A DNA stretch of 64,000 nucleotides from Octopus vulgaris (GCA_951406725.2 OX597837.1:6386001-6450000); one strand, 5' to 3'; shown: positions 1 through 13,458, counted from the stretch's first letter. Notes: generated by a model from the letters alone, not told the origin. Program-made: numbers and translations.

Positions 1-108
1 GGCATCTTGGGCAAGTGTTTTCTGCTATAGCCCCGGGCCGACCAATGCCTTGTGAGTGGATTTGGTAGACGGAAACTGAAAGAAGCCTGTCGTATATATG
101 TATATATT

Positions 109-153
<45 letters not shown>

Positions 154-366
154 CTGTGTTTGTCCCCCTAGCATTGCTTGACAACCGATGCTGGTGTGTT
201 TACGTCCCCGTCAATTAGCGGTTCGGCAAAATAGACCGATAAAATAAGTACTGGGCTTACAAAGAATAAGTCCTGGGGTCGATTTGCTCGACTAAAGGCG
301 CTGCTCCAGCATTGCCGCAGTCAAATGACTGAAACGAGTAAAAGAGTAAGAAAAAAGAGTAAAAGA

Positions 367-368
<2 letters not shown>
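1..368 (+). mobile_element. SINE family A, 5' end cut by window edge
   Basis: Matches the body and tail of the full copy at 41510-41909 (gggcaagtgt..ttct, gccttgtgagtggatttggtagacggaaactgaaagaagcc, internal (TG)n, ggggtcgatttgctcgactaaaggcg, gactgaaac..gtaaaagagtaa tail). Confidence 0.9.
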
Positions 369-452
<84 letters not shown>

Positions 453-1880
453 GTGTTCTTTAGGCGTTATTGCTCAATAAACACTCACAATGAATTACTC
501 AACATTGGTGTTTAGGAAATGTATGTATGAATATATGAATGTACTTTTAGACAAAGGTAACAGTTAATGCGGTGATAATTTTGAAAACAAATAATAAATA
601 ATAAATGTGGTTTATATGCATATATGTAATACATATATATATATATATATATATCTGCATGGATATATACATATATATTATAGATAAACATATATACACA
701 TATATACATATATATAGAGAGAGATAGATAGATAGATACATACATACGTATATACATACATACCTACCTACATACATATATACACACATACGTACACACA
801 CACACATATATATATATATAAATTCATACATATATGCATTAATAATATACACGTACATATATATGTGCATGCATAAATACATGCATAAATACATACACAC
901 ACGCACACACACATATACATATATACATGTATATACATACATCTACATATACATGCATATACATACACACTCATATACACATACACATACTTGCATACAT
1001 ACATATACATACATACATACATACATACATACATACATACATACATACATACATACATACATACATACATACATACATACATACATACATACATACATAC
1101 ACATAGACACATACTCACACATCTATATTCCGTTTACATATTTGTGAAATTAGAAACACGCGTCCTTGAATTCGTTCCATTCTAATTTACTCCGAATTTT
1201 AACCAATATTTACTTATTCAAACGAAATATTCTGAATACTAAATCTTCATCGCCGATAATCCGCATTCTATCTCACCATATCACAATATGTAAAAGCAAC
1301 ATATCTTTTCTAAATTATTTATTATTCGAAATATTAATGTCCAAAGTAGGTAACGTTGTGATTGAGTGCTACTTCAACATTCAGCTTCAAGATATTTGTT
1401 TATGTAAAATTAAATGTTCATATGGAAGTTGTTACAGCTATCGTTGTTTTTGTTGTCGATGAGTTGGAAATGATTTTTCGCTCATCGTAAATTGCACTAA
1501 TGCATTTCCGGTTAATTAAATCGGTTTTTGCGATACAAAAACTATGCAGGTGTGGGTGTATATGTGCGCATTTGCGTGTAAATGTATGTATGTATGCGTG
1601 TATGTATCTTTGTTGACTACCCATCTGTATCAGTATATATGTATGTAAGAATATGCGTATACTATATCCATACATACCTCCTATATCTTTGTTTTTCTTT
1701 CAATCTATCTTCCTCTATATGTGTGTGTGTGTGTGTGCGTGGAGGTGTTTGTGTACGTGTGTTTACGCAAAAAATATATATAGGTATATATATATATATT
1801 TATAGACAGCGAGAGTGAGAGAGAGAGAGGGTTAGAGAGAGAGAAAGGTGCATATACATAAACATGTATATATATGTACA

Positions 1881-1958
<78 letters not shown>

Positions 1959-2016
1959 TATACAGATATATACAGATATATACATATATATAAATATACA
2001 TATAAATATATCCATA

Positions 2017-2108
<92 letters not shown>

Positions 2109-2110
2109 CA
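369..2110. repeat. Cluster of (TG)n, (TACA)n and (TA)n microsatellites with short unique spacers
   Basis: Direct reading: (TG)n 372-455, (TACA)n ~995-1100, (TA)n ~1885-2095. Confidence 0.95.
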
Positions 2111-2731
2111 GTATACACTTCAGCATAAATTTTAAATATTAGATTTTTGATTTAATTTTATCTCATATTTTGAAAAGAAAGGAATTTTCTTTCAATTATA
2201 CTCTCACTTGTTTTGACTTATTTATATGAAAGGGAAACTACTCTGTTTTACATGACGGAAGCCATTTGTAATTATGCGATATTACTTTCTTTTAAAATCT
2301 TATTATTAGCTTTGAATTATTGTATTATGCTCTAGTGGATAATATATTGGTTTTTAATTTTTTAATTAGTTAACTCTGTAATTCTTGGTAGTTAATAGTT
2401 TTTTTTTCATTAACTTGTCTTAAGATTGATTGTCTATTTTGTTTTGTAGAAACGATAATTGCAAATGTTCTCAACAAGTATAAATTGTGAACTGACATTT
2501 GAATTAACGCTGAATTGGATTTATATATTTTTCCTGTTTTTGATCGGGCTGCCTTTCCGTTAATTTACTTCTATCATAATTTAATTGTTTGCTCCTTTCT
2601 GGGCAATAGCAAAAGGTCTTTATCTTTCTTGGTAGAACTCATTGATCCCAAAAATGAATTCCCGAGGAAAAGCCTATTTTCAAAAGGATTATATTTCATT
2701 ATGTTTAGTATTAATTAGGCTTGGAAGCACT

Positions 2732-2845
<114 letters not shown>

Positions 2846-3066
2846 TATATGTGCGTTTATATATATATATATATATATATATATGAATAAAAAAAATTGA
2901 GTTAACGCAGGTGTAATCAAATATTTTTACTTTCGACACATGTTTCGAAAATTCCACTGATACTATTCAAAAGAATAAATGGTATAAACAATGCAATCTT
3001 CTCCTAAGGAAAGTGAAAAAAACGAAACTTGTCAATAAGACATTTTAGCAAGGTAAAATACACTCA

Positions 3067-3132
<66 letters not shown>

Positions 3133-3530
3133 GGTATCTGAGAGATACAAGCATGCCGAAAAAGCAGTCAAGACCCCGACTCCAAAAACCACCTTAGATG
3201 GATATATAGATGTTTATAAAATAAAAATATGAAAGTGAGATAAAAATCATTCTTTTACAATATAAGCACACGGCCTGAAAACTTTCAGGAATGCGGCTAG
3301 CAGATTGTTTGGATCCCAGCATTAGACTGATATTTATTTTGCTGAACCAAAGAGGATGAAAGGTGAAGTCGACTTCGGTTTGCAAACAATTCTGCCGGGT
3401 CACCGCCATAATGTTGATAGAAACAGTGGTTTGGGATTTTGGCAAAAAGCCAACCTTTTCATGTGTGTGTGTGGGGGAGGGTACGTTGGTTGCATGAAGG
3501 AAATTGAACAAATGGTACTTATTTGACCGA

Positions 3531-3955
3531 CACCTATTTCTTTACGACCCACAAGGGGCTAAACACAGAGGGGATAAACAAGGACAGAAAAAGGGTATGG
3601 TATTAAGTCGATTACATCGACCCCAGTGCGTAACTGGTACTTTATTTAACGACTCCGAAATGATGAAAGGTAAAGATGACCTCGGCGGAATTTGAACTCA
3701 GAACGTAACGGCAGACGAAATACCTATTTCTTTACTACCTACAAGGGGCTAAACACAGAGGGGACAAACAAGGACAGACAAAGGGATCAAGTCGATTACA
3801 TCGACCACAGTGCGTAACTGGTACTTAATTTATCGACCCCGAAAGGATGAAAGGCAAAGTCGACCTCGGCGGAATTTGAACTTAGAACGTAACGACAGAC
3901 GAAATACGGCTACGCATTTCACCCGGCGTGGTAACGTTTCTGCCAGCTCACCGCC
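3531..3955 (-). mobile_element. SINE family B, tandem multimer (head plus two 184-bp units)
   Basis: Reverse complement of the ggcggcgagctggcagaaacgttagcacg head, B-box-like gagttcaaattcc and core gccgaggtcgactttgcctttcatcctttcggggtcgataaattaagtacc; gaaatac recurs at 3717 and 3901. Confidence 0.9.
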
Positions 3956-4101
3956 GAAAGGATGAAATGCGAAGTGGAGATCCCGTAGAATTTAATGTCG
4001 GATAAAGTGCAGCCAAGCATTTTGCTCCGGCATGCTAACCATTCTTTCACTTTATTGCCTTACTATGACAGCAATACTAACAGTAACCGAAATAGAAATA
4101 A

Positions 4102-4132
<31 letters not shown>

Positions 4133-4633
4133 ACTGACAAGTTTTGTAAGACAAATGTCTTGAATAATTTAGCGAGGCGTTGGGAAAAAAACACATAAAC
4201 ATCCCCGGTCATTGTATTCATCCCTTTAAATAAATCGATTTTCCTTGGCATTTATATTGTGTTTCATCCACACTCATTTTGTTAACCGTCAAACTTTGTT
4301 TTAGCCGCTATACATATCATTTCTGTTTTTATAGGCCTTCGAGGTTCTGCGTTACGGTCAATGTCCGCTTTCGTCCAACAGTACACCGCCATTTTAAAAA
4401 TAGTTGTCCAATCGACATTAGATGCTTCTTTGTTGAAAACTAACATTATACTGACATCTTTATGCAGCCAGCTGGCAGACTCGTTAGCATGCCGGAGGAA
4501 ATGTTTATCAGCATTTCGTTCGAGAGGAAGCGTACTCGTTGGGTAAGGAATGTCAATGTAACTGAAATCGCTGACCCTGTGTCAAAATTTATACTGAAAT
4601 ATACTCACAATTTATGAATTATTTTATGTGTCT

Positions 4634-4681
<48 letters not shown>

Positions 4682-4789
4682 ATGCTGATAAGGTTGGCGC
4701 GATTGCGCTGGTCTTCGAAAATTTTAAGACAGATATCCCAGAAGCTTCGATACAGTAGCCTCGTGTATATTTGCCTCTACCAAAGGTTT

Positions 4790-4888
4790 CTTTACTGACG
4801 AAGCGTGACCTATGGTAGATTAGCTTAATTTAATTTAATTAAGCTGGTCTATCATTAAAAACGCAGAAACGACGCATCGTCTAAAAGA
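4790..4888 (+). ncRNA. Putative type I hammerhead ribozyme in a short repeat that ends at (TA)n (Penelope-like pseudo-LTR)
   Basis: CTGACGA 4795-4801; stem II GCGT/ACGC plus a 19-bp hairpin 4812-4830/4837-4855; GAAA 4866-4869; stem III ACGA-cgca-TCGT; cleavage triplet GTC 4879-4881; stem I TTTA 4791-4794/TAAA 4882-4885. Confidence 0.75.
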
Positions 4889-5032
4889 TGAATTAGGGTA
4901 AACGTTTTTAATTTTTCACCTATTTCCGAATTACATTATTTGGCGGTTAGAGTTATGGCTGCTCTGTCTAGTGGACGAATGGCCTGTTAAGGCCATTCCT
5001 AAATTGTTATATATATATATATATATATATAT

Positions 5033-5309
5033 ATACTTTATAAATAAGTTTCAGCAACGATTTGCTTCACCACATACCGAAGTTTAGAAATAGCAGTCAA
5101 AATATCTTAGCTATTCATTCTACTTTGAAAAGGAATAGCTAAGATCTTTTGACTGCTATTTCTAAACTTCGGTATGTGGTGAAGCAAATCGTTGCTGAAC
5201 CCTATCTATAAAGTATTACTTAAGCTTACCATGATATGGTCATTTTCATACCGAATTCTGCTTGGTGAAATTTCTGATTACTTTTTAATTAATTAATGTT
5301 ACCCTTTGT

Positions 5310-5313
<4 letters not shown>
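5033..5313 (+). mobile_element. Fold-back repeat element between (TA)n tracts, probable Penelope-like terminal fragment with inverted 5' portion
   Basis: 84-bp inverted arms 5033-5116/5133-5216 with a 16-bp spacer; the right arm continues to 5313; homologous to 56572-56905 (minus). Confidence 0.6.
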
Positions 5314-5375
<62 letters not shown>

Positions 5376-5384
5376 CCACTGCCT

Positions 5385-5718
5385 AGTATCAGAACTAAGC
5401 TTACAAAGAATAAGTCCTTGGGTCGATTTCTTCGACTAAAGGCGGTGCTCCGTCATGGCTGCCGTCAAATGACTAAAACAAGTAAAATAATAAGACAATG
5501 ATAGAATATATCCATACACTCAGGTGTGGTGGTATGGTAAGACATTTGCTTCCAAGCCACATGGTTCTAGGTTCAGTACCCTGCAAAGAATCTTAAGTAA
5601 TTCTTCCAAGTGTCGACCAAAACTTCATGAGTGGACTTTTGACGAAAACCAAAAGAAGCCCAACGTACACACACACACACACACACACGCACACACACAC
5701 ACACACACACGCACACAC

Positions 5719-5766
<48 letters not shown>

Positions 5767-5965
5767 ATACATATAAAGAGAGAGAGAGAGAGAAAGAGAG
5801 ATTGATATAAATACGGCGAACTTTCATTTTCTACTAAATCCACTAAGAAGGCTTTGTTCAGCTCGGGGTTGTCGTCGAACACACTTGATCAAGTTGCCAT
5901 GCAGTGGGACTGAACCCGGGACCATAAGGTTAAGAAGCAAACTCTTTACCACATACCCACGCCTA
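5385..5965. mobile_element. Degraded SINE family A fragments (tail 5385-5490 +, head ~5524-5670 +, head ~5810-5965 -)
   Basis: Recognisable family A blocks (cttacaaagaataagtcc, cgactaaaggcggtgctcc, gcagtgggactgaaccc). Confidence 0.75.
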
Positions 5966-6029
5966 TATATATATATATATGAACCCGACATTTAGTCCTA
6001 CTTAAATACATACTTACACACACACACAA

Positions 6030-6100
<71 letters not shown>

Positions 6101-6499
6101 CATATATACATACATGCATACATACATACATACATACATACATACGACAATACATACATACATAGATACATACACACAGACAGGCGGATGGGCACGCATT
6201 TAAATATTCAGATATAAACACACTGTGCCTCACACGGAAGCGCAGGCACATTCGCACACACTGACACATACTCACAGCCATACATCTGCAGACTCATTGC
6301 GAGGCACGTCCATGCAGACACACGTTTATACACCGTTGCGTTGAGCTAATTGTTAAATATCTCCGGAGGCCATTGTGTGTCTATTTATTACAATTTAACT
6401 AGGAAACTTAACACCTGAGCAACGTTAACATTGAAGAAATTAAGAGAAATAATAAATAATAGCGGTTTGTAATAGAAGAGGGCATGGAAATTGGAGGAA

Positions 6500-6503
6500 G
6501 AGG

Positions 6504-6538
<35 letters not shown>

Positions 6539-7620
6539 CGGGAGAGAGTTAGATTGAAAGAGAATAGGAAAGAGAGTGATAGGGAGTAGAGGGAATAAGG
6601 GAGGGAGAGAGGGAGAGAGGGTGAGAGGAAAGAAGCGGATGTTGTGAGATGCTCTTAAATGTTTGTTTCATAAATAAAGATGGCTTCTGAATGAGGTGTG
6701 TGACATTTAAAGAATGTAATGAATAGCTAGAGAGATACAGAGAGTGATAATGAGAGAGAGGGGGAGGAGGGGAGGGGAGGAGGAGGAATAGGAGGAGGAT
6801 GAGGAAGGGGAGGAGGAGAGGGACATACAGGAGGAGAAAGGGCTGGGTGAGAGAAAGTGGGTGAGGAAAATAAGGAATTAGGGGAGCAGAATATTTAAGT
6901 TAGAGAAGGAGGAGAGAGATGATGACGGTGATGATGAGAAGGAGAGAAGTTAAGACAGAGAGAGAGAGAGAGGGGGGAGAGAAAGAGGGAGAGAGAAAGA
7001 GGTAGAGAGAGAGGGAGAGAGAGGGCTGGAAAGATGCGAGGGGCAGACTAGTTAATTCAAATAAGAAAGGGAAATGATGATGATAATGATTATAATGATG
7101 ATGATGATGAGCAGAAGAGTTAAGGTAGAAAGAGAGAGCGAGAGGGAGGAGGGAGATGTGGTGAGCAGAGAAGTCAAAGAAAAGAGATGATGATGACGAT
7201 AGTGATGTTCATGATGATTATGATGATGAGGGGGAGGAGGAGGAGGAGGAGGAGGGAGACAGAATTTATGACCGAAAAGGTGAGAGATAAAAAGGGAGAT
7301 ATGTGATAAGCAGAAAAGTTAAGTCAATGAACAAAGTAAAGAGAAGGGAGATGATGGCAATAATGATGTTGAGGAGAGATAGACAGATGCTAAGAGAGAT
7401 AGACAGATAGATAGACATATAGATAGATAGATAAATAAATAGATAGAGTGAGAGAGCTATAGACAGACAGATAAACAGACATAGTCATACAAACAGACAT
7501 GTAGACAGAATTTAACAAATAGCGAGAGAGAGAAAGAGCAGAGTAGAGTAAAGTAAAGGAAAGAAAGATAAAATGATAATAGGAAAAGGAGAGTTAGAGA
7601 GAGAGAGAATGAGAGAGATG
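6500..7620. repeat. Purine-rich low-complexity region ((GA)n, (GGA)n, (GAT)n, (TAGA)n)
   Basis: Direct reading; strong purine bias on the + strand. Confidence 0.9.
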
Positions 7621-7859
7621 GAAGTTAATGAGAACTCAAAGCAACATACAAAATACCAGGTTTATACATCGATGTTCTGACCTGTTGCTTTATTCGCCTC
7701 ATGAGATTTCTTACTTCTTGTAATATTTGTTCCAATGTATCAGCCTAAGCTGTATACACAATATTTTCATAGGCCACGGTGCCTCCTGTGGGAACGAGGT
7801 CTCGCATGGACTGTAGGGAGATTTTTTAGAATTGTTTTTGTTTTTTGAAGAAATAAATA

Positions 7860-8795
7860 GTACGTAGGAGTGGCTGTGTGGTAGGTAGCTTGCTTATCAG
7901 CCACATGGTTCCGGGTTCAGTCCCACTGCGTGGAACCTTGAGCAAGTGTCTTCTACTATAGCCTCGGCCCAACCAAAGCCTTGTGAGTGGATTTGGTAGA
8001 CGGAAACTGAAAGAAGCCCGTCGTACATATATATACATAGGCGCAGGAGTGGCTGTGTGGTATATAGCTTGCTTATCAGCCACGTGGTTCCGGGTTCAGT
8101 CCCACTGCGTGGCACCTTCAGCAAGTGTCTTCTACTATAGCCTCGGGTCGACCAAAGCCTTGTGAGTGGATTTGGTAGACGGAAACTGAAAGAAGCCCGT
8201 CGTACATATATATACATAGGCGCAGGAGTGGCTGTGTGGTATATAGCTTGCTTATCAGCCACGTGGTTCCGGGTTCAGTCCCACTGCGTGGCACCTTCAG
8301 CAAGTGTCTTCTACTATAGCCTCGGGTCGACCAAAGCCTTGTGAGTGGATTTGGTAGACGGAAACTGAAAGAAGCCCGTCGTACATATATATACATAGGC
8401 GCAGGAGTGGCTGTGTGGTATATAGCTTGCTTATCAGCCAAGTGGTTCCGGGTTCAGTCCCACTGCGTGGCACCTTCAGCAAGTGTCTTCTACTATAGCC
8501 TCGGGCCGACCAAAGCCTTGTGAGTGGATTTGGTAGACGGAAACTGAAAAGAAGCTCGTCGTATATATACATGTATATCTTTATATGTGTGTGTGTGTGT
8601 GTGTTTGTGTCTGTTTGTCCCCCCAACATCGCTTGACAACCGATGCTGGTGTATAGGTCCCCGTGATCTAGCGGTTCGGCAAAAGATAGCGATAGAATAA
8701 GTACTAGGCTTACAAAGAATATGTCCTGGGGTCGATTTGCTCGACTAAAGGCGGTGCTCCAGCATGGCCGCAGTCAAATGACTGAAACAAGTAAA
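7860..8795 (+). mobile_element. SINE family A with its 5' 179 bp tandemly repeated four times and a single tail
   Basis: Heads (g)gcgcaggagtggctgtgtgg at ~7860, 8040, 8219, 8398; tRNA-like A/B boxes (tggctgtgtggt, gggttcagtccc); the tail ends gactgaaacaagtaaa at 8795. Confidence 0.93.
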
Positions 8796-9116
8796 TTTTT
8801 TTTTTTTTGTCCATTAAATACTGTAGATAACGTTCCTTGTAGAATGCTATGTTCACAACTGTCCCGAACCTATTCATCATATTCTGGGTCCAGTAGTTCC
8901 ATTCTTTTTTGATTTATCCAATATTCACATCTCTTAATGTTAAACAGAAATTATCATATCATGCGCGCCACCGATATCATACTGAATTCGTCTCCTGGCA
9001 ATTCACGTGACAAATAAAAAATCTACTTTATTTGATGTATCTCTCTATTAATCTATTAATCACAATTTTTCATTTATTTTGTGGTTGAAGTATTGTAGAT
9101 ATACCTATGATATTCT

Positions 9117-9240
9117 TTTCTACTCTAGGCACAAGGCCCGAAATTTTTTGGAAGCGGGCCAGTCGATTAGAACGACCCCAGTACGCAGCTGGTACTTAAT
9201 TTATTGACCACGAAAGGATGAAAGGCAAAGTTGACCTCGG
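9117..9240 (-). mobile_element. SINE family B fragment
   Basis: ctggtacttaatttattgaccacgaaaggatgaaaggcaaagttgacctcgg is the reverse complement of the family B core. Confidence 0.85.
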
Positions 9241-9244
9241 TTAA

Positions 9245-9662
9245 GGCGGCGAGCTGGCAGAAACGTTAGCACGCCGAGCGAAATGCTAAGCGTTATTTCG
9301 TCTGTCTCTACATTCTGAGTTCAAATTCCGCCGAGGTCGACTTTGCCATTCATCCTTTCGGGGTCGATAAATTAAGTACTAGTTACGCACTGTGGTCGAT
9401 ATAATCGACTTAATCTGTTTGTCTGTCCTTGTTTGTCCTCTCTGTGTTTAGCCCCTTGTGGGTAGTAAAGAAATATGTATTTCGTCTGCTGTTACGTTCG
9501 GAGTTCAAATTCTGCCGAGGTCGACTTTGCCTTTTATCCTTTCGGAGTCGATTAAATAAGTACCAGTTACGCACTGGAATCGATAGAATCGACTTAATCC
9601 GTTTGTCTGTCCTTGTTTGTCCTCTCTGTGTTTAGCCCCTTGTGGATAGTAAAGAAATAGGT
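9245..9662 (+). mobile_element. SINE family B, head plus two 184-bp units
   Basis: ggcggcgagctggcagaaacgttagcacg at 9245; tatttcgtctg recurs at ~9294 and ~9478. Confidence 0.92.
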
Positions 9663-10192
9663 AATAAGCAACGAGATCGTACTCTATATGAAAATTTCAA
9701 AATTAAGCGGGAAATTCCAAGGACAACCAAACTACGAGAATATTTGCTTCGTGTGTGATTCTGACTGATAAAAATAATTCTGCAATACAGCAATCAATTA
9801 TATTATGACGACATTTTATTCATGGAAGAAACGTAAGACAAGACGTGGGTGTATATAGTTACAAGTATTTCTATTATCTAGTACAAATATCACTATTTAT
9901 GGCTAATTTTAGGCAATTCACTCAATTTTCATCATTAGGACCTCGTTAATTTTCAGTATTAAATGAAGCAATCTAAAATTGTATTTGTATTTTTGTCAGA
10001 TTTTTTTTATTCCGTTGTTGTCGTTGTTGTTTTTTTGTTTTTTTATACAACTAACGATAATGAAGAGAATAATTTAGAAGTAGTACAGCATAATATAACA
10101 CAATGAAGTAATATAATGGATTAATTTTAAATTTCATTTTTGGAGTATTACAGTCCAAATTGAAAATTTTCAAAAACTATATTAAAAAAAGC

Positions 10193-10226
<34 letters not shown>

Positions 10227-10429
10227 TAATAATAATAATAATAATAATAATGATAGTAATAATAATAATAATGATAGTAATAATAATGATGATGATGATG
10301 ATAATAATAATAATAATAATAATAATAGTAATAATAATAATGATAATAATAATAATAACAGTAATGATGATAATAATAATAACAATAATAATAATAATAT
10401 TAATAATGTTGATAATAATAATAATAATA

Positions 10430-10477
<48 letters not shown>

Positions 10478-10483
10478 GTAATA

Positions 10484-10560
<77 letters not shown>

Positions 10561-10570
10561 AATAATAAAT
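10193..10570. repeat. Long imperfect (TAA)n microsatellite
   Basis: Direct reading. Confidence 0.97.
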
Positions 10571-11174
10571 ATATGAAAAGATAGTTGAACAAAAAAACAC
10601 GTGTGTAAAATTCTTAAAAATTGAAAATAGAATTAGAAAAATCTTGTAAAATGAATAAAAATGTTCAACTTAGCTTAATTAGAAAATTAGATGACAATTC
10701 AGGCAGAAAGCAAATTAAAATAGTTTGTTTCGTTCTGTCTAGGGACAAATGTTCGGATTTTTATACGCCGAGAATTAATTTCACACTGTTCACGACCTCT
10801 GCCCCCCCCCTTTGGGAAAGGCATAAATATCACAAATTCCCTTGTTGTTCGGCATCTAAAATTATTCTGTCCTAGAATGGATGGAGGAACCGACAGAGCT
10901 GCCAACCAAATGCTTGGTGTATTTTAACCCCCAGGTCAGCAGATTCGATCTGTAATCCAAAGCTATGACGCTTATGTAACAGTTGTGGTGGTGGTCATAT
11001 GAGGGGTCGGGTTCGGCGTTCTGTTAGCAAAGACATTAGAGTCTTCGAGTAGAATACATTGCAATATTTTTCCCCACCGTTGCTTTCTGAGTTCAAATCC
11101 CAGCGACGTCAAGTTTTCTTTTTATTATTTCATTGATTTGTCTCCTTTAGTTCTCTTTCTTGTGAAAGTGTAGG

Positions 11175-11456
11175 GCTTAGTGGGTAGGGTATAGGAGTCA
11201 CGATCGAGAGTTCGAGTCCCAGCAGCACTGTGTGACATTGAGCTCCAGTCAACTCAGCCCGTAAAAATGAGTAGTGTCTATAATTCGAACGGTCAGCCTT
11301 TTCACATTCTGTGTGACGCTGAATCACTCTGAGAACAACATTAAGGGTACGTGTGTCTGTGGAGTACTCCGCCATTTGAACGTTGATTTCACGAGCAAGC
11401 TATTCTGTCGATCGGATCAACTGGAACCCTCATCACCGTGACCGAAGGAATGCCAA
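11175..11456 (+). mobile_element. SINE family C, diverged/partial
   Basis: 3' part (gctgaatcactctgagaacaacattaagggtac...gatcggatcaactggaaccctc...tgccaa) matches the reverse complement of 21286-21450. Confidence 0.75.
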
Positions 11457-11713
11457 TTCACCTCTCGACCTCTCTCTCTCTCTTTCTCGCTCTCTCTCTC
11501 TCTCTCTCACACACACACATACGCCTGTCTCCCCACACCCTGTATCTCTTTACAAATATGTGACCTTAAGTAAACAAATAGGAAAAAATTCATTAGACAA
11601 TCAATCACAATAATTCAATTAAATACTCGTTGCCAATCTTTCTTTTCCATGATTTTACCGATACATACACATAGCCATATGTGTGTGTGTGTGTGTATTG
11701 ATGTATACATGCA

Positions 11714-11810
<97 letters not shown>

Positions 11811-11818
11811 CTATATAC

Positions 11819-11902
<84 letters not shown>

Positions 11903-12394
11903 GGATATATACAGATACATTTCAAAAAGTTCACCTCTGATAATTGAATACTTTCAGAATTTTTGGCAGCAAAAGAATGGTCTGGAACTTTCCAAATTAC
12001 AGAAGAATCAAGAAAAACTAATCTGAGACAGATTAGTGACATCGCAGCTGCTGTAATCAATAGTTTCCAACACTAGAATTATCTCTTTCCGATTACTTTT
12101 TATTTTTTTAATTTTCAAACTCGATACTAAAATTTTTTTGTTATATACATATTTTGTATCTTGTCACCTTAAAATGGCAAACTTTTGGAGTAGTCAGAGT
12201 GCCGGATGGAATTTGTGTGAATATTTGTTCTGTTAGCTTGTGGTCTGCGTACAAATATCATTGAAATCAACCTTGCTTATAAATCATTTCGTGGCCGCAA
12301 GGCGGCGTGGTGGCTGAAGCATTACCGCGGCAGGCAAAATGTTGAACGACATCGTCCGTCTTTACGTTGTGAGTTCAAATTACGCTGAGGTTAA

Positions 12395-12580
12395 CCGAGC
12401 GACACGTTGTCTTCTTGAGCAAAACACCTCATATCACGTTGCTCCTGTCCCCTCAACTGGCAAAAATGAGTAAATTTGCGACAGACTGGGGTCTCGTAAC
12501 ATGAGGAGAATATATACGCCACAGAAACCGACAAAATGGCTCTTATAAGTCTGTAGGACTCGTGAAGGTAACTTTACTTT
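12395..12580 (+). mobile_element. SINE family D, partial
   Basis: cttgagcaaaacac...ctggcaaaaatgagtaaatttgcgacagactgg matches the reverse complement of 26470-26710. Confidence 0.65.
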
Positions 12581-12899
12581 ACTTTTTTACGCTTGAAATT
12601 CCATGCCAGGAAAAAAAATGCAAATGCCTTTTTTTTTAACCATACCATCTTCAATCATAAAAAATAACCCAGTAGAGAATGTAGCGTAGTACAAGGTATG
12701 CAGTTCCAAACAAAAGAAAATCTGTATAGCTGTATCTGAAATATCATTCAATGATAGATCTGCCAGACCGCTTTATCAAAGTCGACCTAGGGTTAAATAA
12801 CAACACCAATCAACAACAGCAGCAACAAAAACAACAATAAAACAGTATTGAACAACGGTCGAATGATTTTTGTCCCAATCTAAACACTGGAAAATCTGC

Positions 12900-13260
12900 A
12901 ATAATATTTTAAAGTACCGCCACCTTTTCCTACTCGGTTCTCCACCAAGCTCTTTCAAGCGAAGTGAAAGACCATATTTATTGAAATCAGCCATTCTTTA
13001 GAGAACAAACGGAATCGTCTCCCAAGCGGCAACGCAATATTTGTGCTTTATTGAATGCGATTGATTTCTCTTTTACGATCCTCAATCGAAATATTAGATC
13101 GATGGATCAGTGACTAAAGAATCTTGGCTAGGAAACATCACAAAAGCAGCGAAATTCCCTGTGATCAAAGACAAGTTTATTGTCAACTCAATTGTAATAT
13201 TCGAAATTAACCTTTGGAATTCCGGCTGGGACCCCTTCACAATATCGCCAACCCCCACGC
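12900..13260 (-). pseudogene. Highly decayed Tc1/mariner-superfamily transposase C-terminal fragment
   Basis: Minus-strand translation with stops and frameshifts (NFAAFVMFPSQDSLVTDPSI*YFD*G...GG.YFK) loosely follows the WPP.SPDLNPLDY.VWG...GGYFE ending of Tc1/maT transposases; judged by eye only. Confidence 0.4.
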
Positions 13261-13373
13261 AAAAATCTGAAGACAATATACATATACGTATGTATGTATA
13301 AAAATGTGTGTGTGTATGTAACGTGTTACGTTAAGTAGTAGTGCACGGTAACATAACTTTCGATTGGAGTTAT

Positions 13374-13458
<85 letters not shown>

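Noticed and set aside
7826-8629. Repeated MADKQAIYHTATPAP and MSGFGRRKLKEARR ORFs as a tandem gene family
   Set aside because: They are translations of the SINE family A head; the same peptides appear at other SINE copies (41410, 37516, 58116).
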